Positions 39,022 through 52,640 of a DNA stretch of 64,000 nucleotides are shown one piece after another; position 1 is the first letter of the stretch; every line of letters begins with the position of its first letter. Under the pieces are notes generated by a model. The model was not told where the DNA came from. It was given only the letters and a program-made list of their open reading frames with translations, and did not search any database. Position numbers and translations under genes: made by a program. This stretch comes from Ptychomitrium polyphyllum (Eukaryota). The stretch is from the NCBI GenBank assembly GCA_973851085.1, contig OZ316775.1, positions 10,478,001 through 10,542,000 on the forward strand. Direction: 5' to 3'.

Positions 39022-39899
39022 AGCTACTCAAAACGATTGATTCCAAACGTCCTCCGACCGCCAACCTCCCAAGAGTCACAATAAAACTCGTGCGAAAACT
39101 GCAAGATGCTTCAGAAACCTCAGCTCACGCAACACGATGATCAGACTTCACAACACTGGCTAGCTGAAGTTCGCTGGTTTGCTCTAATCGCGAGGTCTTT
39201 CACCTGCGGATGATGACCGTAGTAAACGTGAGAGTGCTTTAGAGTAGGCCGAGGTGGTGCTCATATACTTCTGAACATGAGAGAAGCGGTCATCTGCACT
39301 ATGCGTTTGGACGCGGGTGCTGCAACGCTGCAGGGAGCCGCAGAGGAGTAGCGTGAGGGCTGCAAGGGACGCGGTTGCAAGTCGAGGTGCTGCGAGACTC
39401 ATCAAAGCGGCGTCATGCGTGGAAGTTGCGCAGTGGGGGTGCCGTCGAGGTCGCTGCTTGTGTGGGTCCTGCGCGTTGCCTTCGAGTGGGTTCCGTGTGG
39501 GTGCCGAACGCATGCAGCGGGTGCGTGGGACCTCGAGACGCCTCACCTTTGAATCCGTGTTGCTTTAGTGCTGTTCCTGCGAAGATTGTCGGCAACTTCA
39601 ACTGTGAACAATTCTACAATGCAGCGTTTCTTTTCGCATTTTTTCTTCTTTCGTTTCTCATACGATACGTCACCCGTATAAAGGATCCTGATAACCTATC
39701 GTTGTGACGACTTACAGAGATTCATTATAATATACTACTTGGATGATTAATTTAGGATTGATGTATAGGTAAGAGTCGTAGAGTTGAAATTGTGGTTTAC
39801 AGTTATATGATTAGGTTCAATATTTATGTCACCAATGTTAGAGTTATCCATCAAGTCCTTTCCAGTCAAAGAGTATTATTTTGAAATTCTATTTTGTCA

Positions 39900-42800
39900 T
39901 GAAAAAGAAGAAAATATGTTTTACTATGTTTTTTGATGAATCAATGGAGAGCCCCTATGAAGTTTGGGTGTAATTAGGGAGTCTTGAATTTTAAACTTCT
40001 CCAAAAATATTCGAGTTTGTAAAAGCCAATTCATAGTTGCCTTAGATGTCCAAAGCATTTTCCAAATGAGGTGTACTTCAATGCTTATGTCATAGATTGT
40101 TAAGGCCTTTGCTAATACTTATATGAAGGTTTGTGGAAGAGAATTTTAAAGTTAATTAATTTTTTTTAATTAATAAAATCTTGTATCTACATGCCTGTAT
40201 TATTGCTGACGGTTTCTTTACATAATTTTCAAATATTATAGTATTCCATTGGAAACGTTGTTAATATCAAATTTGAAAACAAAAGTAGCACTTTGAACTT
40301 CTATAATTGAATATAATAATTTATTATATATATCTAACCCACCTAAAGTTGTTAACACAGTGTTGTTTATTGGAAATATACACTTTGGTCCAGATGAGTA
40401 ATTCAGTTTGTGATCATATGTCTTTAAACATAATAGAAGTGTGATAATTTCTTTTAAACATCTTGTAGATTCTATATAAATATTCCAAACTTAATTAATG
40501 ACTATTATTTTAGAAAACAATAAATATTTATAAAGCTTATGGATATTTATGATATAATAATTAATTGTATAATTTAATATACAAGAAAATCCATAAAGAC
40601 CAACTTATCATACAAGTAAAAATGTTATGACTTTATCTATATATTAGATGAAGTTTTATAATTTATTTATCTTTAATTAGGATGTGATTCAAGTATGTAA
40701 TGATATTATAATAATTTATTAGTTTCATTTAAATTTCCAAAAATAAAATATTCTTTAAAGATTTAAAATGTTTAAAATTCCAATTAATAAATAAGCTGCT
40801 ATTTGCTAAATTTTTAGATTTTTTATTATTGTTTTTACAATACAATTTTTTTAAAGGAAATTAGTTATATTTCAAAAATGATTCATCAACCTATAATTTT
40901 TGTAACTCACATAATATAATGTCCTATGTAATCATGCATCCATAAACATTGTATTATACGATATTGATTAAAATTATTTGTTCAAATATTCCCTTCATTT
41001 ATCATTTTAAAGTTTATATACAAAGTACAAAGAAAAAACCTTATAGTTTAGTCTTGCCTATTTGTTTGTCTCTTTATTTGTCTTCACTTATAAAATACAC
41101 TTTTATTTTCATTTATTTTTTATTTTATTTTATTTTATTATTTACTATTATATTTAATTCAATTATTTATTATCATTTTTTTTAAAAAAATTTATGACTA
41201 TTTATTATTTAATCAAATTATCACTATATTCATCAGCCAAATTTAAATATATTTTTTGATGTTAAGAAATTGTAATCTTCATACATAGCCACATAAATCC
41301 AAATTTTATTTACATAATTTATAAAAAGTCTATTATAAATGAAAATTTCATAATTTACATCCATTTGGAGAGTAGTCAAATGCAATGATGATTTTATACT
41401 AAAAAAACTTAAAATCTTTAGGAATTAAAAACAAATATTGAATTAATATACGTTTAAATACAATTTTTGTGATAAATGTGTAAATATAATGCATTTAATG
41501 ATAAAAATATCATAAATTTTATTATTAGTTTATAAATTTTTGTTTTAAATTAAAGTAATGATACCAATTTAAATTGTAAAATCATAATTTTAATCAACTT
41601 TCAAATTTTGATTATTGCTTTCACTTTTTTAAGTTTATTTTAAATTAAAAATTTTGTAGTGTTTTCTTTTCTCTCATAGTATGTAAAAAAAGACATTGTC
41701 AAATTAAAAAAATTGAAAATCTATATGATTTTTAATGTTTACTTAATCTTGAAACAAATAGATAAAATTCATAATAAATTGAAAAATATACAAGTTAAAA
41801 ATGATATCTGATAAGATAGATGTTTTACAACTAATCAAGAGGATCTATATGATATGCACATTAAAGATAAATTGTATTGACTATTCAAAGTGCATTTATA
41901 TGAATAAAATTTTGAATTTAAATTTTTTTAAAAACCTATGTAAAGGTGTTATTAATGTACTCCAAAAAAAATTATAAATAAAATCAATAGATTTGTTTAA
42001 TCTATTAATTCATAAAGTAATAAAGTATTTACAAAACTTGATTCAATATGATTTTTATAAATAAAAAATAGGGTGTTTGATATAATAAATGTATTAAAGC
42101 TTTGAACTTTATGAATTCATTGAAGCTTAAATTTGTGAAATTATTTCTCTTTTCTTTTAAATGATGACATATCTCACATATAATTAACAAAATTATTAAT
42201 AACAAAAAAACTTATAAATATGCAATTAATTTGTAAATTTTGATGCATTATAGGTCATAAAATGGAGTTAGAAATAAAAACCTATATAATCAAAACACCA
42301 CTAGATATTAATTTAAGTTCAAATTATGGCAATTTTGATAAATTCAAAGAATGTCATATTTAATGTTTCAATCAATGTAAAATTTTTAAATTATTATAAA
42401 ATTTTAAATGATGTGTTATAAATTAAAATATTTGCTTTTTGTTTTATAATTTTGTACTTAAAAATTTTATAATTTTGCAGTTTATAATGAAAATAACTTA
42501 TGAATTAATTTTGCAAATTTTATGTTAAAATTGTCACTTGAATTCAACGCTATTGTTAAACTAGAATTTTTTACTTTATTTAGTGGATGGAAGTATTAAC
42601 TAATTTAGATTGAAAGACTCATTTTTTAGTTTTTGCTTTGATTATAAAAAAAATGGACTTTGAAAATAATAGGGAATGCCAATTTATAAGTCTTTGTTCA
42701 AAATGTAGATTTAATGATTTACATTAATAACAATTTCTTTTAAAGAATGGTTCTCCTTTCTTACTATTGATGCTTATGGTTTTATAAAAGTAAAAATGTT

Positions 42801-44459
42801 GCAATTAGTACTAGTGATTTCTTTTTCTATATCAATTTTAATTTGAAAATTGACATTTTATTTCCAACAGGTGTTTAATAGGCTTTTTAAAAGACTCTTT
42901 GGATAGAAACAAAGCTTTTGGAGATTTTGTAGATTATACCAAGAAGGTCATCATGAAGAACTGATTATTTGATTTGAAAAGGATACATTTATCTTAAGAA
43001 AGATAGTTATTAAATAAGGAATAAGTAGTTACATAGGTTTTAAACTTGTCTAAATAAAATTGATACTACTTAGATGAAAACTTAATAAATGATAGCCTTT
43101 AAGAAGATAATTGCTTGTAGTAAAAAGACCTGGTTTAATTTAGTAGATAAAAAGATGAGTAGAACATTCTACAAAAGCAATTCTATAAGAAAAAATCTCT
43201 TTAAATAATCTATGAGTTCTTTGAGATTGAATCTTGAGATATAAATATAAGATCAAAGTGTGGAATTATCATTTCATTTCAACTTACACATGGACCCATT
43301 TAAAGTTTATATCGTCAATACAATATGATTTCTAATATTTTTGTACTTTATTAACGTAGTCTAGTAAAACTAAATGTATTCAATATATCATTAAAAGATA
43401 AGTTTTTTGAAAACAATGTAAAACCACAAAATATAATATAGAATGTATATTTCTCATTTATTAACTTCTATGCTAATAATGCTTAATTACAATAAGGATA
43501 ACAAATGATTTTTAGGTTTAAATTAAACATTTGAAATTATTATGTTGCATACTTACTAATTTTTTTTTAAACTCTAATGATTTCAAATCAAATTATTAAA
43601 AGAATGAGTAAAAGTAAATTTAATATCAATTTGTTAAATAAATGTCCAAGAATTAAGTCTAAACATTCTATGAGTTGCATAATGGATCAAATTTCATTCA
43701 ATAATCATGATGTAATTCTATAACTATTATAGAAAATTCTTTAAAATGTACTATTTCATCTTCAAGTTAATCAATACTACTTCATGTATCCCTTTGTTTC
43801 AAAAGTTATAACCAGTACTAACACTCTCGCCATCTCTTTCAACAAAATTCTTACAACATGTTTTGTGAAGCAATTTAAAAATACTACTCATTTCACAGCT
43901 TGTTATTAAAGAAAAGAGATGAAAATAGATTCACCAATGTTACACCATTGGCCAGTACGTCTCTCACTCCATGTAAACTACACTATATACTTTGAAAAAT
44001 GCTGAAAAATGAATTCGAGTATTTCATTCTCCATAGTGTAAAAACTTCAATTCCATAATAAAAATGAATAATCTGTAATGTCAATAGTGTACATTGACCA
44101 TGTTTGATTCATCACAAATTCTGAAATAAAAACATTGATATATTTCAAATATGAAACTCACCTCATGCCAACTTCACTTACAAATTACAAGTGAAAGTGA
44201 ATCAACTGATACACTAAAAAGAAATTAGCATGAATTGAAAATTTACAAAGAAAATGATTGACCAACAATGCAGATGAGGCACCATAATAAGAATGACTAA
44301 AAATCAACAAACACAATTCTTCTGAAAAGAAACAAAACTTCAAAAACCTTAAAACAAAACTGAATAATATGTACAACAAAATATATTCATTTGCTCTAAC
44401 AACCATATTCCTAATTTACCTAATCTCTTTTACAAAATTTGACCCATTAAATAAACACC
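39900..44459. other. Very AT-rich, ORF-poor tract (probably eroded repeat/TE DNA)
   Basis: Visibly A/T dominated and nearly devoid of CpG, with no credible ORF. Origin could not be identified. Confidence 0.45.
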
Positions 44460-47400
44460 GTCCGGTAACCAAAGTGGCATGCCCATTCAATGATGAATAT
44501 TCAATGCGGAATATCCATGATCAGACTGAAGAGTGAATCTGGAAGTTGTCCGACCCACAATGGGGGCGGTCGAAAGCTCCTATATGAAGGAGTGGCCTTC
44601 TACCACCAAAGTCACTCACAACAAATACTGGATGAGAAGGACTCATATGGCATGTTTGGCAAAGAGAAACATGAGCAAGTGTAGTCATTCAAAAGACGCA
44701 TAGCATGCTTGCCCGCGTAAACACCAATTGTTGACTCACAAACTCGAAGAACCATTCACCGGAAGATGTTTGGCAACTCAAAGATGTTATGATACACGAG
44801 TAAGCAGCCGATGTTCTTCGATTTTATCTATATACTTTCCATACAAGAGAGCTGCGAGAAACACTTCCGGGCCCCGGTTGTGGATGAAAGAGCTCGACAC
44901 ATTTTAAAGACCGACACTTCACAGCGAGACGTTCCGCTTCCGATCGGGAGGCCGTTGAAGAACTCCTCTAAGCTCTGTGGGAGACCAAGCCGAGCATATC
45001 TTGATCTTCAAAATCTCGCTTCGTGCAAACGTAGGCCCAAACTTGTCTTCTGGTGGCATGTGGTGGTTCGTGAGCGGCCCACCAGCTACCGTGCCCAAGG
45101 GTCCCACCTCACATGCCTGTACTAGGGGATTAGCAAAACTTCAAAAGCATGATCCTAATAACTGAAGTGGAATGAAAACGATTTCAGCGACTGCACGCTC
45201 ACATCCGGAGTCTGGTGATGAACATGAGTGTTGTTCAGGTTCCGGCCCTTCTCTCAGCATCCCCAATGCCTTGCAGGAGACTCCATAAATCACGAGGCGC
45301 AGTCTGCTTCCACCCTCGCAGCCAACTTCGACCAAAATGTGGATGATCAGGCACTGTTTTGGTGCTTTCGTATTCGGACCCAGAGATTTCGACCTTTTTC
45401 CTCGTGTTCTTCGGAATTGAACATTGCCGAACCCAACCCTTGCATACAGTGGATAGAGGGAGCGCAAGGTGTTTATCTGGAGGAAGCGCCTCTTCGGACC
45501 ACTCAGTGACATACACAAATCCGCAGGAGTTCGGTTGGTGGATGTAGATGCCCTTGCGCAACGTCACGAGGTTGAGGGGATAGGTGCAGCTGGCTACGAG
45601 CCCGGGAGCGATAGCATCAAAAATATCCAAATCCAGGGGCGCAGGGCACGGGAAACAGATTGGTGGCATTTCGTTCTAAACCAGGCAACCCGCATCACTA
45701 TTCGGAACGCGACAATAATGACTCCGAAGCAGACTCCCTCCTGATCAGGTTTCCACAGATTCATTTGAACAGGCACGCGAATCGATCAAATAAACAGCCG
45801 CCATCTGCTCTGGCGTGGATAGCAAAATGCGTTCGCCGAACCTTTCCCCAGATGACACAAGCGACTACTTTCTGCAACTGAGCCATCACAGGGTATCGGA
45901 TCAACGTGTCGGTTCCTTCAAAGCACACCCTCCACCCCGCTGCGTCGCGCCCGTTTTGACATCTGCCCTAGTATCGTGACGCAAACCACCCGCCACATAC
46001 CACTTCCATGAAATCTAAGTGCGGGCAACGAGCAGGTAACCACATCGCGGCACACGAGTCCATGTCGCAGACGAGCATCCGCAATGCAATCATCATGATA
46101 TAGAACAAGGTCTCTCGCATCAATACTGTTGCTAACCTGTTTCGAAGCTCCCTGCAAGACAAACCAGCCATACCTCCACCAGCAAATTTCAACATTGACT
46201 GCTAAGCTAAGATTCTATTACGCGACGGAGGTGAACCAAGGGGTACTCGAACAAATCGTGACGAGGCCTGAGAAGGACGGATCGAAGTCAACCTACAAAG
46301 GAGAGGTACGAGCGAGAGAATGGCATGCATCTCTCGCCAGTTATACAAAATGTGAAACACTCGCTTTCAACAAACGTATCGAACAGTGGTCCGAAGCCAG
46401 ACTTGTATGAGCAATCACTGCAGTTTGTATCAATAAAAACGAACCAAGATTATGCAATCACCACTGGATTACATCCCGCTTTTCTCCACAAATATGATGA
46501 CAATTGAACACCTAGAAAAAGAGGTGTGATAGGTGCTGCTAAAAGTAGAACAGGACTCTCAAAGCAACTTGCGTACTACTTATTAACACTAACAAGAAGT
46601 TTACGCGACTAGACCGTGTAACTTAAAAGGGAAACATCCCCAAACCCAAAACCCTGCTGAAGGGCATAAAACCCCATGCATGAAGCAACCAAGATAGTGC
46701 CACGTATAACCTCCATCTTAAGCACATGTCGATCACACCCTCTGGTTTCACTCTATTCTGTCTTCGACTCGGTCGCTTCCTTAGCTTCGGTCTTTGTCTC
46801 CTCAGGTGCGGCGGCATCTTCGGATTTGGATTCAACCTTCAATTTGTCCAGTAAGTCCGCTGTTTCATCAGCATCCCCATCCTTCTCCTCGGTCTTTCCT
46901 GACACCTTCTCTTGAGCGGCTTCGTACACGTCCTTGAATTTCTGGGCGCCTGTTGGCATCACGGTGTTGAGAAGCAAGGAAAACAGCACTCAAGAATCCC
47001 CAGCCCCTGGTTGCACTTGCTACGTATGGACACCAGCCGTAGCAAAGGCACCATAATCAAGACACAAAGACCGTCTGATGAGCCAGCGAACCCACTCTAC
47101 TGAAACTACTCCCCGTAACAAGTTCCCAGTACCTGAGCGTCTGGCGGCCCATCAATCGATAAAGCCGCAATGATGCAGACGGCACTACGCTGCACCTAGG
47201 AGAAACACAACAAATGGTGCAGAGACTTACTTTCAACGCTTCCGAACCGCATACAGAAAAGCTCCTCCTTCAGTTCGCCGTCCGAGTAATCCCGAGCGTG
47301 CCAGACCCAGGACTTGTCACTACCGGCGTGCTCTTGCAAAGGAGTAGACGCCGTAACTGCACATCACAGACAATTCATCGGTTCAACTCACGTCTCTGCC

Positions 47401-48759
47401 GAGGCTCCGACAACAGACAACGACATACTCCAAGCACGACCATCGGTGCACCTAATCCAAGCCCAAACATGGAAGGCTCCGCCCATTGAATCATGTCTCT
47501 GAGGTACGCTTCGTAAGTGCCCTCGAACAAGTCTTCACGAGAAAGATGGGTCATTCAAGGCCATCCGAACCGACCCCCTCTGTTGAGTTTCTATGATTGG
47601 CCCAATGGACAGATAAAACGGTCCTGAAAGCACCGAAGACCAAGCAACAGGCGCTCCTGTTTTAGCATCTACTCGTAAACCGCGAGGACGCTCTTCAATC
47701 ATCGTGCCCTGGATTGTCTTCCGCTGATGGAAATAAACTGAATACATGCTCGACGGTGACGAACGCTCCAACGTAGGCGTAGGCTAGGTTAAAATCCACA
47801 GTGACACAGACAACTAACCTACGATCAAACCACAGTGCAAGACGGTAATGGACTGGCAACCCCCACCCACTCCCAATCCAGCTCCGAACTGAACTCGAAC
47901 CTCGCGGAACGAGACAGATACACCGCTCCCAAAACGCCCATTCGCCCGGGCAGTAAACTCACCCATGTGGTTGGCGCAGATCTTGAGAGTTCTATTTTGA
48001 CGCATGAGCAGGCGAACCTTCTTAGTTGTCTTGTGTTCTAGAATCTTCACTTGGCCGACACCCCTCTCCTTCCACTGAGTCCCTTCCTTATCAAACCGAT
48101 ACAGTTTAGCCTTCCTGCAAATCGCCAACCCAAAATAAACTTCATCCTCCATCACATACACACACACACACACACACACACGACCCAATCCCCTCAAAAC
48201 AAGACCACACAACCATAAACCCAATTGCACCTCCCCACAGATTCGACCCGCAAAAACTCCCAACCGATCTACCACCGACAACACAAACCGGAAACCCTAA
48301 ACTCCCAACCGCCCACGGATCCCAGAAAACATCCAGGAGAAAACCCCATCCCCGGACTCACATATCAATCAGCGCATCCTCGTTCTCCTCGCCAGTACTA
48401 ATCGCAACCTCCTCCAGCTTCACGATAGGCGCAATCTGCGCGCCCGTGTCCTCCTCCTCGCCCACAACCTTGGCAGTCTCCTCGGATCCATCCGCGACGT
48501 CGGACGAAGTGGCCTCCTCCACGACGCGAACCTCCTTCTCCTCGTCTCCAGCCATAGCGCACCAATCAGAGAGCAGCAATGGGCACGCGAAGCTTGCAAA
48601 AGGAAAATGTGCGATGGGGGAGGACGAGGGGGCAGGACGAGAGGGGCGGATCGAGGGAGATTGCGGGAGCGCGGGGTGCGCTGGGACGGAAGTGAGGGCC
48701 CTGAGGCCGACGGAGCGCTTTGTACCGAGCTTGCCCTAATCCACCCGTCTGCTGGTCGC
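44460..48759. repeat. Left arm of a 4.3-kb inverted repeat
   Basis: Every ORF has an identical mirror ORF with coordinate sum 97869. Boundaries were read base by base (44460/53409 outer, 48759/49110 inner). Confidence 0.97.
46753..48555 (-). CDS. RanBP1: Ran-binding protein 1, copy A (4 exons; mirror of copy B)
   Basis: Exact mirror of 49314-51116, with RanBD motifs TGEENE, KLYRFD, WKERGVG, LKICANH and WVW. Confidence 0.93.
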
Positions 48760-48910
48760 GCGCCCTCCGGTCCGGGATTAAAACGTCGTGTGCTGGAAGG
48801 CCAGCGTGGCGCGCACAGTGCCGCGGCTGCCCGCATCGCCGTGAAGGCTAACTGTTAGCGCCGCGTAATAACTCTAGAGCATTCTAAACCCGACACACTC
48901 TGCGTCGAAG

Positions 48911-49010
48911 NNNNNNNNNNNNNNNNNNNNNNNNNNNNNNNNNNNNNNNNNNNNNNNNNNNNNNNNNNNNNNNNNNNNNNNNNNNNNNNNNNNNNNNNNN
49001 NNNNNNNNNN
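48911..49010. other. Assembly gap (100 N placeholder)
   Basis: Run of N. The 24-mer aacccgacacactctgcgtcgaag lies on both sides (48887-48910 and 49011-49034). Confidence 0.99.
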
Positions 49011-49313
49011 AACCCGACACACTCTGCGTCGAAGAAACATTCGTGCATTGTCGGCTCTCCCTTACAAATTAAACCTTCAATCGAACCTAAACCGTTCCAG
49101 CGAAATAGGGCGACCAGCAGACGGGTGGATTAGGGCAAGCTCGGTACAAAGCGCTCCGTCGGCCTCAGGGCCCTCACTTCCGTCCCAGCGCACCCCGCGC
49201 TCCCGCAATCTCCCTCGATCCGCCCCTCTCGTCCTGCCCCCTCGTCCTCCCCCATCGCACATTTTCCTTTTGCAAGCTTCGCGTGCCCATTGCTGCTCTC
49301 TGATTGGTGCGCT

Positions 49314-51116
49314 ATGGCTGGAGACGAGGAGAAGGAGGTTCGCGTCGTGGAGGAGGCCACTTCGTCCGACGTCGCGGATGGATCCGAGGAGACTGCCAAG
49401 GTTGTGGGCGAGGAGGAGGACACGGGCGCGCAGATTGCGCCTATCGTGAAGCTGGAGGAGGTTGCGATTAGTACTGGCGAGGAGAACGAGGATGCGCTGA
49501 TTGATATGTGAGTCCGGGGATGGGGTTTTCTCCTGGATGTTTTCTGGGATCCGTGGGCGGTTGGGAGTTTAGGGTTTCCGGTTTGTGTTGTCGGTGGTAG
49601 ATCGGTTGGGAGTTTTTGCGGGTCGAATCTGTGGGGAGGTGCAATTGGGTTTATGGTTGTGTGGTCTTGTTTTGAGGGGATTGGGTCGTGTGTGTGTGTG
49701 TGTGTGTGTGTATGTGATGGAGGATGAAGTTTATTTTGGGTTGGCGATTTGCAGGAAGGCTAAACTGTATCGGTTTGATAAGGAAGGGACTCAGTGGAAG
49801 GAGAGGGGTGTCGGCCAAGTGAAGATTCTAGAACACAAGACAACTAAGAAGGTTCGCCTGCTCATGCGTCAAAATAGAACTCTCAAGATCTGCGCCAACC
49901 ACATGGGTGAGTTTACTGCCCGGGCGAATGGGCGTTTTGGGAGCGGTGTATCTGTCTCGTTCCGCGAGGTTCGAGTTCAGTTCGGAGCTGGATTGGGAGT
50001 GGGTGGGGGTTGCCAGTCCATTACCGTCTTGCACTGTGGTTTGATCGTAGGTTAGTTGTCTGTGTCACTGTGGATTTTAACCTAGCCTACGCCTACGTTG
50101 GAGCGTTCGTCACCGTCGAGCATGTATTCAGTTTATTTCCATCAGCGGAAGACAATCCAGGGCACGATGATTGAAGAGCGTCCTCGCGGTTTACGAGTAG
50201 ATGCTAAAACAGGAGCGCCTGTTGCTTGGTCTTCGGTGCTTTCAGGACCGTTTTATCTGTCCATTGGGCCAATCATAGAAACTCAACAGAGGGGGTCGGT
50301 TCGGATGGCCTTGAATGACCCATCTTTCTCGTGAAGACTTGTTCGAGGGCACTTACGAAGCGTACCTCAGAGACATGATTCAATGGGCGGAGCCTTCCAT
50401 GTTTGGGCTTGGATTAGGTGCACCGATGGTCGTGCTTGGAGTATGTCGTTGTCTGTTGTCGGAGCCTCGGCAGAGACGTGAGTTGAACCGATGAATTGTC
50501 TGTGATGTGCAGTTACGGCGTCTACTCCTTTGCAAGAGCACGCCGGTAGTGACAAGTCCTGGGTCTGGCACGCTCGGGATTACTCGGACGGCGAACTGAA
50601 GGAGGAGCTTTTCTGTATGCGGTTCGGAAGCGTTGAAAGTAAGTCTCTGCACCATTTGTTGTGTTTCTCCTAGGTGCAGCGTAGTGCCGTCTGCATCATT
50701 GCGGCTTTATCGATTGATGGGCCGCCAGACGCTCAGGTACTGGGAACTTGTTACGGGGAGTAGTTTCAGTAGAGTGGGTTCGCTGGCTCATCAGACGGTC
50801 TTTGTGTCTTGATTATGGTGCCTTTGCTACGGCTGGTGTCCATACGTAGCAAGTGCAACCAGGGGCTGGGGATTCTTGAGTGCTGTTTTCCTTGCTTCTC
50901 AACACCGTGATGCCAACAGGCGCCCAGAAATTCAAGGACGTGTACGAAGCCGCTCAAGAGAAGGTGTCAGGAAAGACCGAGGAGAAGGATGGGGATGCTG
51001 ATGAAACAGCGGACTTACTGGACAAATTGAAGGTTGAATCCAAATCCGAAGATGCCGCCGCACCTGAGGAGACAAAGACCGAAGCTAAGGAAGCGACCGA
51101 GTCGAAGACAGAATAG
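49314..51116 (+). CDS. RanBP1: Ran-binding protein 1, copy B; exons 49314-49507, 49755-49906, 50513-50638, 50920-51116
   Basis: The spliced frame is open across all GT-AG introns: MAGDEEKE...STGEENEDALIDM-KAKLYRFDKEGTQWKERGVGQVK...LKICANHM-VTASTPLQEHAGSDKSWVWHARDYSDGELKEELFCMRFGSVE-SAQKFK...LLDKLKV (NES-like). Confidence 0.95.
49687..49711 (+). repeat. (GT)n microsatellite in RanBP1 intron 1, mirrored as (AC)n at ~48158-48182
   Basis: Directly visible and the same length in both arms. Confidence 0.9.
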
Positions 51117-52104
51117 AGTGAAACCAGAGGGTGTGATCGACATGTGCTTAAGATGGAGGTTATACGTGGCACTATCTTGGTTGCTTCATGCATGGGGTTT
51201 TATGCCCTTCAGCAGGGTTTTGGGTTTGGGGATGTTTCCCTTTTAAGTTACACGGTCTAGTCGCGTAAACTTCTTGTTAGTGTTAATAAGTAGTACGCAA
51301 GTTGCTTTGAGAGTCCTGTTCTACTTTTAGCAGCACCTATCACACCTCTTTTTCTAGGTGTTCAATTGTCATCATATTTGTGGAGAAAAGCGGGATGTAA
51401 TCCAGTGGTGATTGCATAATCTTGGTTCGTTTTTATTGATACAAACTGCAGTGATTGCTCATACAAGTCTGGCTTCGGACCACTGTTCGATACGTTTGTT
51501 GAAAGCGAGTGTTTCACATTTTGTATAACTGGCGAGAGATGCATGCCATTCTCTCGCTCGTACCTCTCCTTTGTAGGTTGACTTCGATCCGTCCTTCTCA
51601 GGCCTCGTCACGATTTGTTCGAGTACCCCTTGGTTCACCTCCGTCGCGTAATAGAATCTTAGCTTAGCAGTCAATGTTGAAATTTGCTGGTGGAGGTATG
51701 GCTGGTTTGTCTTGCAGGGAGCTTCGAAACAGGTTAGCAACAGTATTGATGCGAGAGACCTTGTTCTATATCATGATGATTGCATTGCGGATGCTCGTCT
51801 GCGACATGGACTCGTGTGCCGCGATGTGGTTACCTGCTCGTTGCCCGCACTTAGATTTCATGGAAGTGGTATGTGGCGGGTGGTTTGCGTCACGATACTA
51901 GGGCAGATGTCAAAACGGGCGCGACGCAGCGGGGTGGAGGGTGTGCTTTGAAGGAACCGACACGTTGATCCGATACCCTGTGATGGCTCAGTTGCAGAAA
52001 GTAGTCGCTTGTGTCATCTGGGGAAAGGTTCGGCGAACGCATTTTGCTATCCACGCCAGAGCAGATGGCGGCTGTTTATTTGATCGATTCGCGTGCCTGT
52101 TCAA

Positions 52105-52640
52105 ATGAATCTGTGGAAACCTGATCAGGAGGGAGTCTGCTTCGGAGTCATTATTGTCGCGTTCCGAATAGTGATGCGGGTTGCCTGGTTTAGAACGAAA
52201 TGCCACCAATCTGTTTCCCGTGCCCTGCGCCCCTGGATTTGGATATTTTTGATGCTATCGCTCCCGGGCTCGTAGCCAGCTGCACCTATCCCCTCAACCT
52301 CGTGACGTTGCGCAAGGGCATCTACATCCACCAACCGAACTCCTGCGGATTTGTGTATGTCACTGAGTGGTCCGAAGAGGCGCTTCCTCCAGATAAACAC
52401 CTTGCGCTCCCTCTATCCACTGTATGCAAGGGTTGGGTTCGGCAATGTTCAATTCCGAAGAACACGAGGAAAAAGGTCGAAATCTCTGGGTCCGAATACG
52501 AAAGCACCAAAACAGTGCCTGATCATCCACATTTTGGTCGAAGTTGGCTGCGAGGGTGGAAGCAGACTGCGCCTCGTGATTTATGGAGTCTCCTGCAAGG
52601 CATTGGGGATGCTGAGAGAAGGGCCGGAACCTGAACAACA
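52105..52640 (+). pseudogene. Possible highly decayed mitochondrial-carrier-like fragment (mirrored at ~45229-45764, minus strand)
   Basis: Frame-shifted pieces QEGV...VMRVA, GLVASCTYPLNLVTLR (resembles TYPLDLVRTR, the PxDxxR signature) and SLYPLYARVGF occur in carrier order. Weak evidence. Confidence 0.3.

Noticed and set aside
39184..39707. Cluster of overlapping GC-rich ORFs upstream of the NHL gene
   Set aside because: Promoter-like GC-rich DNA with no domain similarity.
49569..49577. Telo-box (ttagggttt) in RanBP1 intron 1
   Set aside because: A common short motif in plant housekeeping genes; a single occurrence is not distinguishable from chance.
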